A DNA stretch of 64,000 nt, from assembly GCA_030059675.1 (NCBI GenBank), contig JANVYQ010000003.1, positions 64,001 to 128,000 on the forward strand, written 5' to 3'. Shown here piece by piece: positions 1-10,100 of this stretch. Position 1 is the stretch's first letter, and the number at the start of each line of letters is the position of its first letter. Source of the DNA: Candidatus Pelearchaeum maunauluense. Its GTDB lineage: Archaea > Thermoproteota > Nitrososphaeria_A > Caldarchaeales > Caldarchaeaceae. Position numbers and translations under genes: made by a program. The notes under the pieces are model-generated. The model worked only from the letters and a program-made list of their open reading frames with translations. It was not told the origin of the DNA and did no database searches.

Positions 1-60
1 CAAATCAAGTAGTATGTAATGTATTGTATAATTTATTGTCATTTAAGCACGTAGTCGTAG

Positions 61-1516
61 GTGGATGTTTTGAATCCTCTAGACATATCCTACATGGGGC
101 CATATTACCCAAGCTTTGCGCCAGAGTGGAGCAGCAGCGGAATATACGGCCTCCATTACTATAAAGGGGCTCTTCTCTACGCCGTTGCGTTTGACGCGCT
201 CACTATAATATACCATAAAGGAAGAGTCAAGGAGTACAGATATGAGCTTATTGGAGGACCCCCGCGAAGTGGAGGAGACACATACGGCGCAGCCGTGGGG
301 GTTGATGATACGTTATTCTTTGGAGGCTGGGTACACGCCCCCGCATATTATGACCCGCCAAGAGAAAGATAACTTTCCATCACAAATATTCACATTTACA
401 CAGAATAGACCTTAATGATATGGAGATTAAGCTTCTATACAAGGATGGGCCTGGGCGGGAAGATACCTGGAGCGCCGAGGTCTCAGACATACTATACAAT
501 CCCCTAGACGATTCCATAATACTCTTCAGAGGTGATGGACATTTTGGACATGGAGTATATTCCCTAGACAGGGGAGGAAAGACAGTCATGCGGCTCTCAT
601 CAATTCCAGTACTGAGGGGGACCTTCTTCCTTGACCACTTAATCGCTGGGATATTCTGTCCCCAGGCTTTACAGTTCCCTCCCCCTCACTCCAGCTATTC
701 AATATAGAAAACAAAGAAACAAAAATTACCAGGTACAATATCGCAGCGTCTGCTGTTGGAAATCCTTCTCAGGGTAAGTCTATAGTAGCTGTAGCACCTC
801 TCAGAAACCAGCTCTACGCCTTCGTTGATGATGGCGTCTTCGTCGGCGATCCGACTGGAACATACAACTGGACTCCCGATAGTGTTTTTGTGAGGCTCTT
901 CGCGACGGGGCATGGTGTTGCGCGTTATGCTCCCTGTAGGAGGGTTAAAGTAGTGAGCTTTGGTGGTGGGTTGCTGGTTCCCATAACGAAATCTGATATA
1001 GAAAACTCTCCAGTCCCAGCTACTTCGGCTTCAGGAATACTACTCTTCATGGATGAATCATGTGTAAAGATAATACACGCTAGCGGGAGGATAACGGGAT
1101 TGGCCGTAACGCCAGATTCCATACAGCTGGCAACCGTGACGTCAGAAAATACGCATACCTCCACACGGATAGATTACTGCTTTAAACAACTGCTCAAGCT
1201 ACCCCATGACATCATAAACAAGCATCCACCACCCCTATCATTAATCCTAGCTAAACGCCTCACAGCAGGCGAGCAATTAGGTGGGATACCTCTGAATGGA
1301 TACCATAAAAAACGCGTAGTCACAACTTCAAATAACGACAACATATTGATGGTAAGGGAATACGATACATCAGCACCAGAAAATAGCGCAGACGAAGAAA
1401 AATACACGCTAAAGAAGGGCCGTAACGAGATAGACTTGGATGGATTCGGGAGAATCGTCTCGTTCAAGTTTGAGAAAAACGACCAAGCAGGACACCTCTA
1501 TCTTTACCTCACATAA
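61..1516 (+). pseudogene. DUF2139-like conserved archaeal protein, frameshifted into 3 pieces
   Basis: Motifs PEWSSSGIYGLHYY, GGDTY, FGGWVHAPA, WSAEVSDILYNP and FVGDP resemble the DUF2139 family. The frame is restored by shifts at ~365 and ~690. Confidence 0.7.
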
Positions 1517-1610
1517 TTAATTATACTACCTAAAGTTAATATTAAAAGACTATATCCCACCAGCCTAACATTTAGGATGAACATATCATGAAGAGAGAAA
1601 ATCTGCACAA

Positions 1611-2943
1611 ATGAAATCTACAACTGCTGGACTGTTGGCGGTTGTCCTCCTAGTTATGGGGATTATCGGTGGATATTTCGCTGGTGTATCAACGGCTCCC
1701 GTTGCTGAGACTGTGACTGTAACACAAACAGTCGAAGGCGGTGGTATGGCTACAACCATAACAAGAACCGTAACGAAAACAGTCCAAGCGCCAGGTGAGG
1801 TTCACGAGCTTACAGTCTACGCCCTATGGAGCGGCGTAGAGGAGGAAAACTTCGGGATGGCTCTAGGCGCCTTCTCAATGATGACAGGCATAAAGATAAA
1901 CTATGTATCTCAGCCAGAGCTTCGGGATGTGTAACAACCCAACTAGCTGCGGGAACTTCTGAGGTTGACTCAATAATCGCGCCCTGGCCCACTTGGATAA
2001 AGGACGAGCTGGGAGCGGCTGGTCTATTGGAAGATGTTACGGATATACTTAATAAGGATGGCAGGGACAAGTCCCCATCAGCATATCTGAGTGTAGTTTC
2101 TGAGAACGGAAAGTTCTATGCCGTGCCCTTTAAGGCCTGGGCTAAGCCAGGCTTCTGGTATAATAAGCAGGTTTTTGACGAGTTAGGGCTTAATCCACCC
2201 ACAACATGGGACGAGTTTATGAATGTTCTAGACACACTCAAGGCTGGTGGTATAACACCCATAGCCAGCGGTGACGGTGTAGGCTGGCCACTCTCAGACC
2301 TCGTGGAGGCGTTCATAATAGGCCTCGGAGGCCCAGAGCTTCAGTTGAAGCTGATAAACCACGAAATAGCCTGGACAGACCCGCAAGTGAAGGAGATATT
2401 CGGAAGAATACAACAGTTGCTGAAGGGCGGGTACTTCGACGAGGCGCGCGAATGGACGATACAAATAGACCGACTAATGGAGAGGAAGGTTGGTATATAC
2501 TTCATGGGTAACTGGATAAACCTGATGCTCCAAGAGAAAGGCTACAGGCCTGGGATAGATTATGATGTCTTCGCCTTCCCAGGGACTGGTGGGATAGTTG
2601 CCGGCGGCGACTGGGCTTTCATACCGAAGTTTGCCAAGAATAAGGAAGCTGCTAAGAAGCTTCTGGAATTCCTAGCAGGCGCTGAGGCTCAGACGATTAT
2701 GTGAAGCTTAAGGGATTCCTAGCGACCAATAAGGACGTTCCTAAAGAGGCTTACGGTGCAGCTGACAGGAATATCGTGAATATGCTGGGAACCCTAGCCG
2801 TGCTTCCAGACCTGGACGACTCAACACCATCCGAGTTCCAGCGGCTCTTCCGGGACAAGCTTAAAGAGCTGTGGGCAAACCCAGACGCGTTAGACAGCAT
2901 ATTGGAGGAGCTTGAGCAAAAAGCCTCTGAGGTCATCGGGTAA
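1611..2943 (+). pseudogene. Sugar ABC transporter substrate-binding protein, frameshifted (~1930, ~2700)
   Basis: N-terminal membrane anchor, Thr/Val-rich linker, and SBP_bac_1-like motifs (FWYNK, PPTTWDEF, GDGVGWP, FMGNW) spread over three ORFs. Confidence 0.85.
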
Positions 2944-2948
2944 AAGAA

Positions 2949-3689
2949 GTGAAGACTAAAGGAACAACCATAATTATTTTTCTCCTCCCATCTATACTAT
3001 TCCTAAGCCTATTCGTAATATATCCGATGCTGTATAACTTCTACATAAGTCTCTTCAAGTGGAAAGTGGTCAGAATAGAATCATTTATCGGCCTGGATAA
3101 CTATGTCAAGCTACTTAACAATCCCCAATTCCATAGGGCGTTCATAAACAACCTAATCTGGATACTTATTCACGTACCCACAACAACAGTTTTAGGACTT
3201 CTCCTAGCTGTTCTCCTCAAGCGCGTCAAGGGCTCTTACATAATCAAGTCCGTAATCTTCCTAGGTATGGTCATACCCCAGATAGTTGTCGGCATAATGC
3301 TGCTCTTCATGTTCGACTCGGATGCACTGGATTCGCGGTAGTAGGTTATTCCGCTGGGCTTGAAGGAATACCCAAAGACCTATACGACGCCGCGGTTGAT
3401 GGAGCTTCTCCTTTCAAAACATTCTGGCACATAACTATACCCATGTTGAGGCCCGCAACAATAGTTGTGGTTACTATGACCCTAATCTGGGTTCTAAAGA
3501 TATTCGATATAGTTTATGTAGCCACGCGCGGAGGGGCCTGGAGGAGCTACAAACGTAATGGCTTATATGATGTATGAGCAGGGTTTCGTCTTCTATAAGT
3601 GGGGGGTAGCTGCCGCTATAGCGACGATATTCACCGTGATAATACTGGTGTTCTCAATATATCTGGTGCGCTCTATGGTGAGAAGATGA
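2949..3689 (+). pseudogene. Sugar ABC permease (MalF/UgpA type), disrupted
   Basis: FIGLDNY and AFINNLIW in the first ORF. The rest (TGFA..AGLEGIPKDLYDAAVDGA..LKIFDIVY..GPG) is in other frames, with an apparent internal deletion at ~3325 and a frameshift at ~3535. Confidence 0.85.
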
Positions 3690-4513
3690 GACTCTCGTCG
3701 ATATTGATACATGTGCTCGCGTGGGCTATAGCCTCGCTGTGGATTATACCGTTCATGGGGGTTTTATGGCCTCTATAAGGCCGTTAAGCGAGATACTAAG
3801 CGGCTGGTGGAACTTTCAAAACATGAACATAACACCAGATAACTACATCAACGCATGGACCAACGAGCAGGTTCCAATAAGTAGGCACATGATTAACTCA
3901 ATCCTAATAGCCATACCATCTACGATAATCCCAATATTCACTGCTTCGCTTGCAGCATACTGTTTCGCCCGTTTCAGCTTCCCTTTAAAAACATGCTATT
4001 CCTAACAATAGTCTTATTACAAACACTCCCACAGCAATCGGTGGTTATCCACTCTTCATCATGCTGAGTCAAATGGGACTCCTTAACACGCTGCTCAGCC
4101 TAGTCATAGTGCATACGGCCTTCGCAGCTCCATGGACTATTTTCTTCTTCCGCAACTTCTTCGCCACACTGCCTGCTGAGGTTGAGGAGCAGGCACGCGT
4201 GGATGGAGCTTCAGATTTCAAGATATATTATAAGATAGTGCTGCCCATGTCCCTGCCTGCATTATCCTCCGTCGCCGCGCTACAGTTCGTATGGGTTTGG
4301 AATGATTTCTTCTTCGCCTTAATATTCCTATCGGGAGCGCGTGAGCTACAGCCCCTTACCGTTGCTATATCCCTACTTAGGGGGAGATACTTCGTGGATT
4401 GGGGGCTGCTTACCGCAGCATCTGTTCTAACTATGGCAATCCCTCTACTGCTCTACGCGCTATTACAACGATACCTCATGAGGGGAATAGTCGTTGGCGC
4501 GGTGAAAGGATAA
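3686..4513 (+). pseudogene. Sugar ABC permease (MalG/UgpE type), frameshifted (~3765, ~3990, ~4050)
   Basis: ATGA overlap with the upstream gene. DNYINAW, AAYCFARF, the EAA loop EEQARVDGA and WNDFF lie in different frames. Confidence 0.85.
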
Positions 4514-4515
4514 TA

Positions 4516-5603
4516 TTATACTATAAGCTCCTCGGTCTTAGCGTCAAAGATATGCACCTTATCACGTCTAAATCCAACCCAGACACGCATACCCGCATGG
4601 AACTCGGTAGTAGGCTGTATGACCGCCTTAATAATATCATCACCAAGCTTAAGGTCAATAATCATATTAGAGCCCATGGGCTCAACCACGTAAAACTCTG
4701 ACTCAAACACAGAATCATCACCCTTATGCGTGGAGAGTAGTATATCCTCTGGTCTAATTCCTATGTATATTTCGCTGCCAGTTCTGTCTCTTAAGATGCT
4801 GCTAATGTCCTTAGCGTCGTATAGGAAGTATCCAGCGTCAAGCATTACCTCGCCGTTCTTCTCTGTTACTGAAGCCTTAATCATATTCATGGGCGGGCTT
4901 CCTATAAAAACACCTACAAACGTGTTGGCTGGCTTATTGTATATCTCAATAGGCACATCATACTGCTGTATCTTGCCACGATTCATGACAGCTAGCCTGT
5001 CAGCCATCGCCATAGCCTCAGCCTGGTCATGGGTTACGTATACGGTGGTTATCTTGAGGTCTTTCTGAAGCCGCTTTAGCTCAGCTCTCATATAGACGCG
5101 GAGCTTTGCGTCTAAGTTGCTCAGCGGCTCATCCATTAAGAAAGCCTTAGGCTGCCGCACTATCGCTCTTCCCAGCGCCACACGCTACTGCTCGCCGCCG
5201 CTGAGCTGTTTCGGCCTTCTGTTCAAGAGATGCTGTATATTGAGGAGACGCGCAGCCTTCTTGAAGCGGCGGTCTATCTCATTCTTAGGGAGCTTCCGCA
5301 TCCTTAATGGGAAAGCCATATTATCATAAACCGTCATGTGGGGTATAGGGCGTAGTTTTGAAAGACCATAGCTATATCACGGTCTTTTGGTGGGAGACTA
5401 TTAACGACATTCCCATCAATGTATATGTATCCCTCGTCGGGGGTTTCAAGACCAGCTATACATCTAAGCGTAGTAGTCTTTCCGCATCCAGAGGGGCCAA
5501 GTAAAACTACAAACTCCCCATCATCAATATTCAAGCTAACTCCATTTACTGCGAGTGTTTTATCAAACCGCTTAACCAGATTTTCTATACGTATATCACT
5601 CAT
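4516..5603 (-). pseudogene. Sugar ABC ATPase (MalK type), frameshift plus nonsense codon
   Basis: Walker [10 protein letters not shown]. Frameshift after QNYALYP (~5338). In-frame TAG at 5185-5187 in LSGGEQ*RVA. DEPLSNLD and a TOBE-like C-terminus follow. Confidence 0.9.
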
Positions 5604-5657
5604 AACCAACTATGTTTATCATTGTTTGGATTAAAAATTTTATGGCTAGAACAAGTC

Positions 5658-6593
5658 TTATCTAATCATCTCTTTTATTACCGTATTCCGTAGAAGGCCT
5701 ATTTTCTCTATTTCAGCCTCAACTATATCGCCGTGCTTTAGATATGGCTTCCCCGCTGCTGCAACTCCCGCTGGTGTCCCAGTAGCTATAATATCGCCTG
5801 GCTCAAGAGTCATACCATCAGACACATATTCTACCAGCTGGCCTATCTTGAAAATCATCTCCTCAGTATTCCCTTCCTGCCTCACCTCTCCATTAACTCT
5901 TAGAGTAAGTTTTAGAGGATATGGAGAACCAATCTCATCCTTAGTTACTAGATACGGCCCGCATGGGGCGGCGGAGTCAAGGCTCTTACCAAGAATCCAG
6001 TTCATGCCGTATGAGCTTTTCTTCTCAGGCCAGCCAGGTGGAAACTGTTTATCTCTAAAACTAACGTCATTAAACACCATATAGCCAGCTATGTACTCAT
6101 CAACATCATTAGAGCTTATGTATTTGCCGCGCTTACCTATCACGACAGCCAGCTCCACCTCATAATCAACCTTCGTGGAAGACTTTGGTATGATTATATT
6201 CTCCCCATGACCTATGAGGGCGTTGTTATATTTTCCAAAGAAATACGGCGCCTCAGGCACCTCAGAGCGTAGCTCCCTAGTATGTGAATAGTAGTTAGCC
6301 GCTACGCAGAGTATCTTCTGCGGGTCGGGTATAGGTGCTTTGAACCCGACCTCCTCATAACTGCAGTAGAGTGCGCGTTGGTCATTCATTTTGGGTGCTT
6401 CCATAATCAGCTTCATGATTGTATTATAAGCTTCATCGCCTTTGCAGAGTATCTCCTTAACTGAGAGAAGATAACCAGGCACAGTATCGCCGCCAATTAT
6501 CTCGGTATATGCCTTGGATAAGTCTAATATCCCATATTCGGTGAGCGCTCCCACTTTGATTGAACCATGAATAGTGATTGTTGCCAGCTTCAT
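5658..6593 (-). CDS. Fumarylacetoacetate hydrolase family protein
   Basis: KILCVAANY, VDYEVELAVVIG, NDVS, GDIIATGTPAGV motifs. Confidence 0.93.
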   Translation of the reverse strand: MKLATITIHGSIKVGALTEYGILDLSKAYTEIIGGDTVPGYLLSVKEILCKGDEAYNTIMKLIMEAPKMNDQRALYCSYEEVGFKAPIPDPQKILCVAANYYSHTRELRSEVPEAPYFFGKYNNALIGHGENIIIPKSSTKVDYEVELAVVIGKRGKYISSNDVDEYIAGYMVFNDVSFRDKQFPPGWPEKKSSYGMNWILGKSLDSAAPCGPYLVTKDEIGSPYPLKLTLRVNGEVRQEGNTEEMIFKIGQLVEYVSDGMTLEPGDIIATGTPAGVAAAGKPYLKHGDIVEAEIEKIGLLRNTVIKEMIR

Positions 6594-6670
6594 CTCTGCA
6601 ACATTTCTTGCAAAACCTTTTTCTTAATTAAGATAAAGGTTTAAGCACTGGCTCTTATCATAACGATGAT

Positions 6671-7180
6671 ATGAATAACGTAAATCTGGAGAAGATAAAA
6701 GAGTTCGTCCAAGCGGTGGAGAAGGACCCGACAGAGGCCAAGAAACACAAAATCGTTAATGGTAGCTGGGTGTTTGAGGAGGGAAAGCCGCAGTTTACCG
6801 CTATGCTAGAGTATCAAAATGGGAAGGTATCGCTGAACTGTGAGATGCCGCCGTTCGCTGGCGGATGGGGAACAAGCCCAGACCCAATACAATACTGCCT
6901 CTACGGCCTAGCTGCGTGCTTCGCGGTAACATTCGCGGCAACAGCAAGCTCTGAGGGGATACAGCTAAAAAAGCTAGAAGTAACCGCGGAAAACTGGATA
7001 GATCTGAAAAAACAAATAGGCCTATCCAAAGACCCGATAATTGAGCGTATCAAGCTAACGGTGCGCGCAGAAGGCGCTTCGCGCGAAGTTTTGGAAAGAT
7101 TGTTGAAGATATCTGAGGAGCGTTGTCCTGGTGTTGAGTGCGTTACGCGGAGTATTCCATTTGAGACCGTGTTAGGCTAA
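6671..7180 (+). CDS. OsmC/Ohr family protein
   Basis: GG..PDP...LYGLAACF and ERCP two-Cys pattern. Confidence 0.85.
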   Translation: MNNVNLEKIKEFVQAVEKDPTEAKKHKIVNGSWVFEEGKPQFTAMLEYQNGKVSLNCEMPPFAGGWGTSPDPIQYCLYGLAACFAVTFAATASSEGIQLKKLEVTAENWIDLKKQIGLSKDPIIERIKLTVRAEGASREVLERLLKISEERCPGVECVTRSIPFETVLG

Positions 7181-7208
7181 TCTTCCTTATAACGTCGTAG
7201 TTTATTAT

Positions 7209-7610
7209 TTATTTTTCCAGTTGTTTTATTGCCTCTAAAGCTATTTCTTCGTCTTCCTCTGAGGTTGCCCCGCTCACGCCTACAGCGCCTATTGTTTCAT
7301 CGCCGCGTTTTATGGGAACGCCACCACGGCCGAAGAGCATACGCCCCCCGCTCATCACGGATATGCCAGCCCAGAATGCAGGGTTTTCCTGTATGCGCTG
7401 CTGAAATTCGCCCGTTCTTCTCCTAAAGATTGCCGACGTTGTTGCTTTCCCCCACGCTATTTGGGGTGATGCAGCTATAGCGCCGTCCATCCTTGCCAGA
7501 AGTATGAGCTCTCCATGCGCATTTACGACAGCTATAGAAACCTTAACACCCATAGACTCAGCCTTCCTTATACCTGCTTCGACAATCTGCTTAGCCTGCT
7601 CCAGATTCAA
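7209..7610 (-). CDS. GlcG/HbpS heme-binding family protein
   Basis: SIAVVNAHG, RMDGA, IAWGKATTS, GGVPI, GAVGVSGA..EEDE motifs. Confidence 0.9.
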   Translation of the reverse strand: MNLEQAKQIVEAGIRKAESMGVKVSIAVVNAHGELILLARMDGAIAASPQIAWGKATTSAIFRRRTGEFQQRIQENPAFWAGISVMSGGRMLFGRGGVPIKRGDETIGAVGVSGATSEEDEEIALEAIKQLEK

Positions 7611-7618
7611 ACCCAGTA

Positions 7619-8131
7619 CTACCTCCTCTCGTACTCACTATAATGATGTTGTTCTATGCTTTGTGCGTGTATTGGTCTGAATGGCTCTAGTCTGCGTAGC
7701 CACGAATATACTAGATACCCTGCGATTACCGTGATGAGTTGGCCTCCAACCGCTGCCATTAACGCCTCGCTTAGCAACGCGCCTGTTACTGTAGAGATTA
7801 GATATGCTGTCCATATCCCTGTGAGAACCGCGTATATCAGAGCTCCCAGCAATACGCTCTGACGGCGCATAAGGTATATGGCCAGCAGGCCGGCTAATGC
7901 GAAGATCGTTGTGAGGAGGTCCATAGGTCCAAACGGTGAGGCGCTGTTGGTCATGAACTGGCCGAATAGGAATCCCAGCAGCGCTGGCACGCCGAAGAGA
8001 GCTATGAGCGGGCTTACTATTTCGCCAGGCTTGATGAAAAGTCCCGCGATCTCAATCCTTCCTATGGCTGCTGTTCCAGCTACGTAGAAGCCAGCCATCA
8101 GCACAAAAACGGCAAAATCGCTATACCTCAT
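7619..8131 (-). CDS. QueT-family (ECF S-component-like) transporter
   Basis: About 5 TM helices with G.F..N.ASPFGPMD, typical of QueT. Confidence 0.7.
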   Translation of the reverse strand: MRYSDFAVFVLMAGFYVAGTAAIGRIEIAGLFIKPGEIVSPLIALFGVPALLGFLFGQFMTNSASPFGPMDLLTTIFALAGLLAIYLMRRQSVLLGALIYAVLTGIWTAYLISTVTGALLSEALMAAVGGQLITVIAGYLVYSWLRRLEPFRPIHAQSIEQHHYSEYERR

Positions 8132-8149
8132 CTAGCCATTCACCTCAAG

Positions 8150-8986
8150 CTACCATAGGAAGGCGCCTTCCCAAATTATGAGGAATAGCATGAGCCATAT
8201 GAGGTCAACGAAGTTCCAGTAGAGGCTTACTGCATCAAGGAATCCATGGCTCTTGGGTTTGAAGTGTCCCAGCTTGGCCCTCCCTGCGGCTATTGCGAGG
8301 ACTATTATTCCCCCTACAACGTGGGCTCCGTGAACGCCTGTTAGTATGTAGAAGCTGGAGCCGTAGAACCCGCTTGCTGGCGTGAAGCCAAGCTCGTAAA
8401 TCAGGCGAGGCCACTCAATACCGAGCTTAAGCCCCATGAACACTATACCCAAAACCATAGTAGCTAGAATGCCCGCTAAAACGCCTCGGTTATTCCCCTT
8501 CTTAGCAGACCATACGGCCAGTTCTATGGTAACGCTGCTGGTTAGTAGTATTATCGTCTGGATTCGTGGGATGAAGTTTTCTAGGTGAGGAGCTCCTGGC
8601 GGAGGCCAGACAGGGAAGGTGGAGCGTATAAGGAAATAAGCTCCAAATGCTGAAGCGAAGAACGCCGTCTCAGTGAGGAGGAAGAGCGCGGTTGGGAAGC
8701 CGACGCTCCCTACCTTCTCAGGCTCGGCGGGTATTGGCGTCTTCTGAAGCCTCTCAAAGAAGCTGGAAATCACGTGCTGCCACTGCCTAACCTCAAACAC
8801 CACAAAAACCACTAACAAAGCGATGAAGTAGAAGACTAGAATTAAGCCTACTGTTGTGTATATCCCTTTAAGCAGGAGAATTAGGCCGGCTATCAGCGCT
8901 ATGGTGTTCAGCCCAACGATAGCAGGCCAGATGCTCCCCTCCTCATGTTCTTCATGAGCCGCGTGAGCGTTAGTTTCTGCGCTCAT
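8150..8986 (-). CDS. coxC: Heme-copper oxidase subunit III
   Basis: FLLTETAFF, TIILLTSS, FYILTGVHGAHV, YWNFVDLIW motifs. Confidence 0.92.
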   Translation of the reverse strand: MSAETNAHAAHEEHEEGSIWPAIVGLNTIALIAGLILLLKGIYTTVGLILVFYFIALLVVFVVFEVRQWQHVISSFFERLQKTPIPAEPEKVGSVGFPTALFLLTETAFFASAFGAYFLIRSTFPVWPPPGAPHLENFIPRIQTIILLTSSVTIELAVWSAKKGNNRGVLAGILATMVLGIVFMGLKLGIEWPRLIYELGFTPASGFYGSSFYILTGVHGAHVVGGIIVLAIAAGRAKLGHFKPKSHGFLDAVSLYWNFVDLIWLMLFLIIWEGAFLW

Positions 8987-9037
8987 GATAGTAACAGCTC
9001 CTGCAAACCAGCCTAAAAAGCATATTATTAAGTTTCG

Positions 9038-10024
9038 TTATCCTACTCTCCCAACAGCTCTAACTGCCTTCCTTATACAGCCCACGCGCGGGCTAAATAC
9101 CAGCGTAAAAACGATATTCGCCAAAGAGACTGTGAAGAGGAACAACGAGGCTACGCTCTCTGGATTTCTTATCATCATGAGCAACGCGGCAGATAGCGGA
9201 GCCAGCATAGACGCGAGAGGGCCAGCTAGATACATCATCGCATAACCAAGCCCGCCCGCCGCGCTGGAATCTCTATCTATGCGCAGGCCTAAAACGATGG
9301 GGAGAAGCTTAGCTCTACGCGGGAGTATTACAACAATATTGGACAAACCCACATAATAAAACTTGAATCTCACACCAGTTAAGAGCCCTACTAATAAATG
9401 CGCCAGGTCATGCGTAAAGAACCATAGCAAAAAGAAAACCCCAAAGGAGATGATTAGGTCTATGACTGGAATATTAGTAGGCAATAGTGCGAGGAGCCAG
9501 AGCCCTACCGCGATTCCTATAGCGGATAGGATGGAGCCGCTCAAAAGGCTCATAGTAAAAACGTACCCAAACTCTGGGAGTCTAGCCTCACCCGTTATGA
9601 GAGACCGTAAAACGGCATTACGATAATCAAACACGCGCCCAATCATCCTTATTGCAAGAGAATCAAATAACGGGCCCTGGAATGACTGTATTTCAATAAT
9701 ATCCTCCAACGTGGTAAAGCCATGATTTTCATGGCTTAGTATGTGTGTATGAGACCACTTCTTGAAAGGCGAGTCTATCGCAACTAGTTCAATCTTATTT
9801 GGCCGCTCATACCCAATTACACGAAACTTAACGCGAAATGGTTGGTGGAGTATGTGTAGCTTTAGTTCTATATCGGCTCCTAAATACAGTGTAGAGGGAG
9901 CATCTATAACTTTAACGCGCATCTCAGGCGGATAGAGCTTAGCCATATTATCGGGCGTCGTGATAATGTTAAACACGCGCTCCTGCTCGGCCTCTATCCG
10001 AGTCTTAACTGCCAGCCTAGCCAT
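9038..10024 (-). CDS. SRPBCC (START-like) domain fused to a membrane domain resembling an M50 peptidase
   Basis: N-terminal SRPBCC pattern (SPFKKWSHTH..TTLEDII). C-terminal TM region has FFTHDLAH and YLAGPLAS. Confidence 0.65.
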   Translation of the reverse strand: MARLAVKTRIEAEQERVFNIITTPDNMAKLYPPEMRVKVIDAPSTLYLGADIELKLHILHQPFRVKFRVIGYERPNKIELVAIDSPFKKWSHTHILSHENHGFTTLEDIIEIQSFQGPLFDSLAIRMIGRVFDYRNAVLRSLITGEARLPEFGYVFTMSLLSGSILSAIGIAVGLWLLALLPTNIPVIDLIISFGVFFLLWFFTHDLAHLLVGLLTGVRFKFYYVGLSNIVVILPRRAKLLPIVLGLRIDRDSSAAGGLGYAMMYLAGPLASMLAPLSAALLMMIRNPESVASLFLFTVSLANIVFTLVFSPRVGCIRKAVRAVGRVG

Positions 10025-10100
10025 ACCATCTCCCACAAGAGAGGCCCATCTTTATATTGAATCAACAGACGCAAACCATGGAAGAAGGAGAGGAAATAAA

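Noticed and set aside
1700-1790. Thr/Val-rich repetitive stretch
   Set aside because: It is an ordinary low-complexity linker of archaeal membrane-anchored binding proteins, not a DNA repeat element.
61-5603. Programmed frameshifting or phase variation in the ABC operon
   Set aside because: The lesions are numerous and heterogeneous (indels, a nonsense codon, a deletion) with no shared slippery site or long homopolymer.
9960-10100. N-terminal extensions of pheS (likewise tyrS, rtcA and nuoB) in the ORF track
   Set aside because: They overlap divergent genes or promoter regions and lack family similarity; downstream ATGs fit better.
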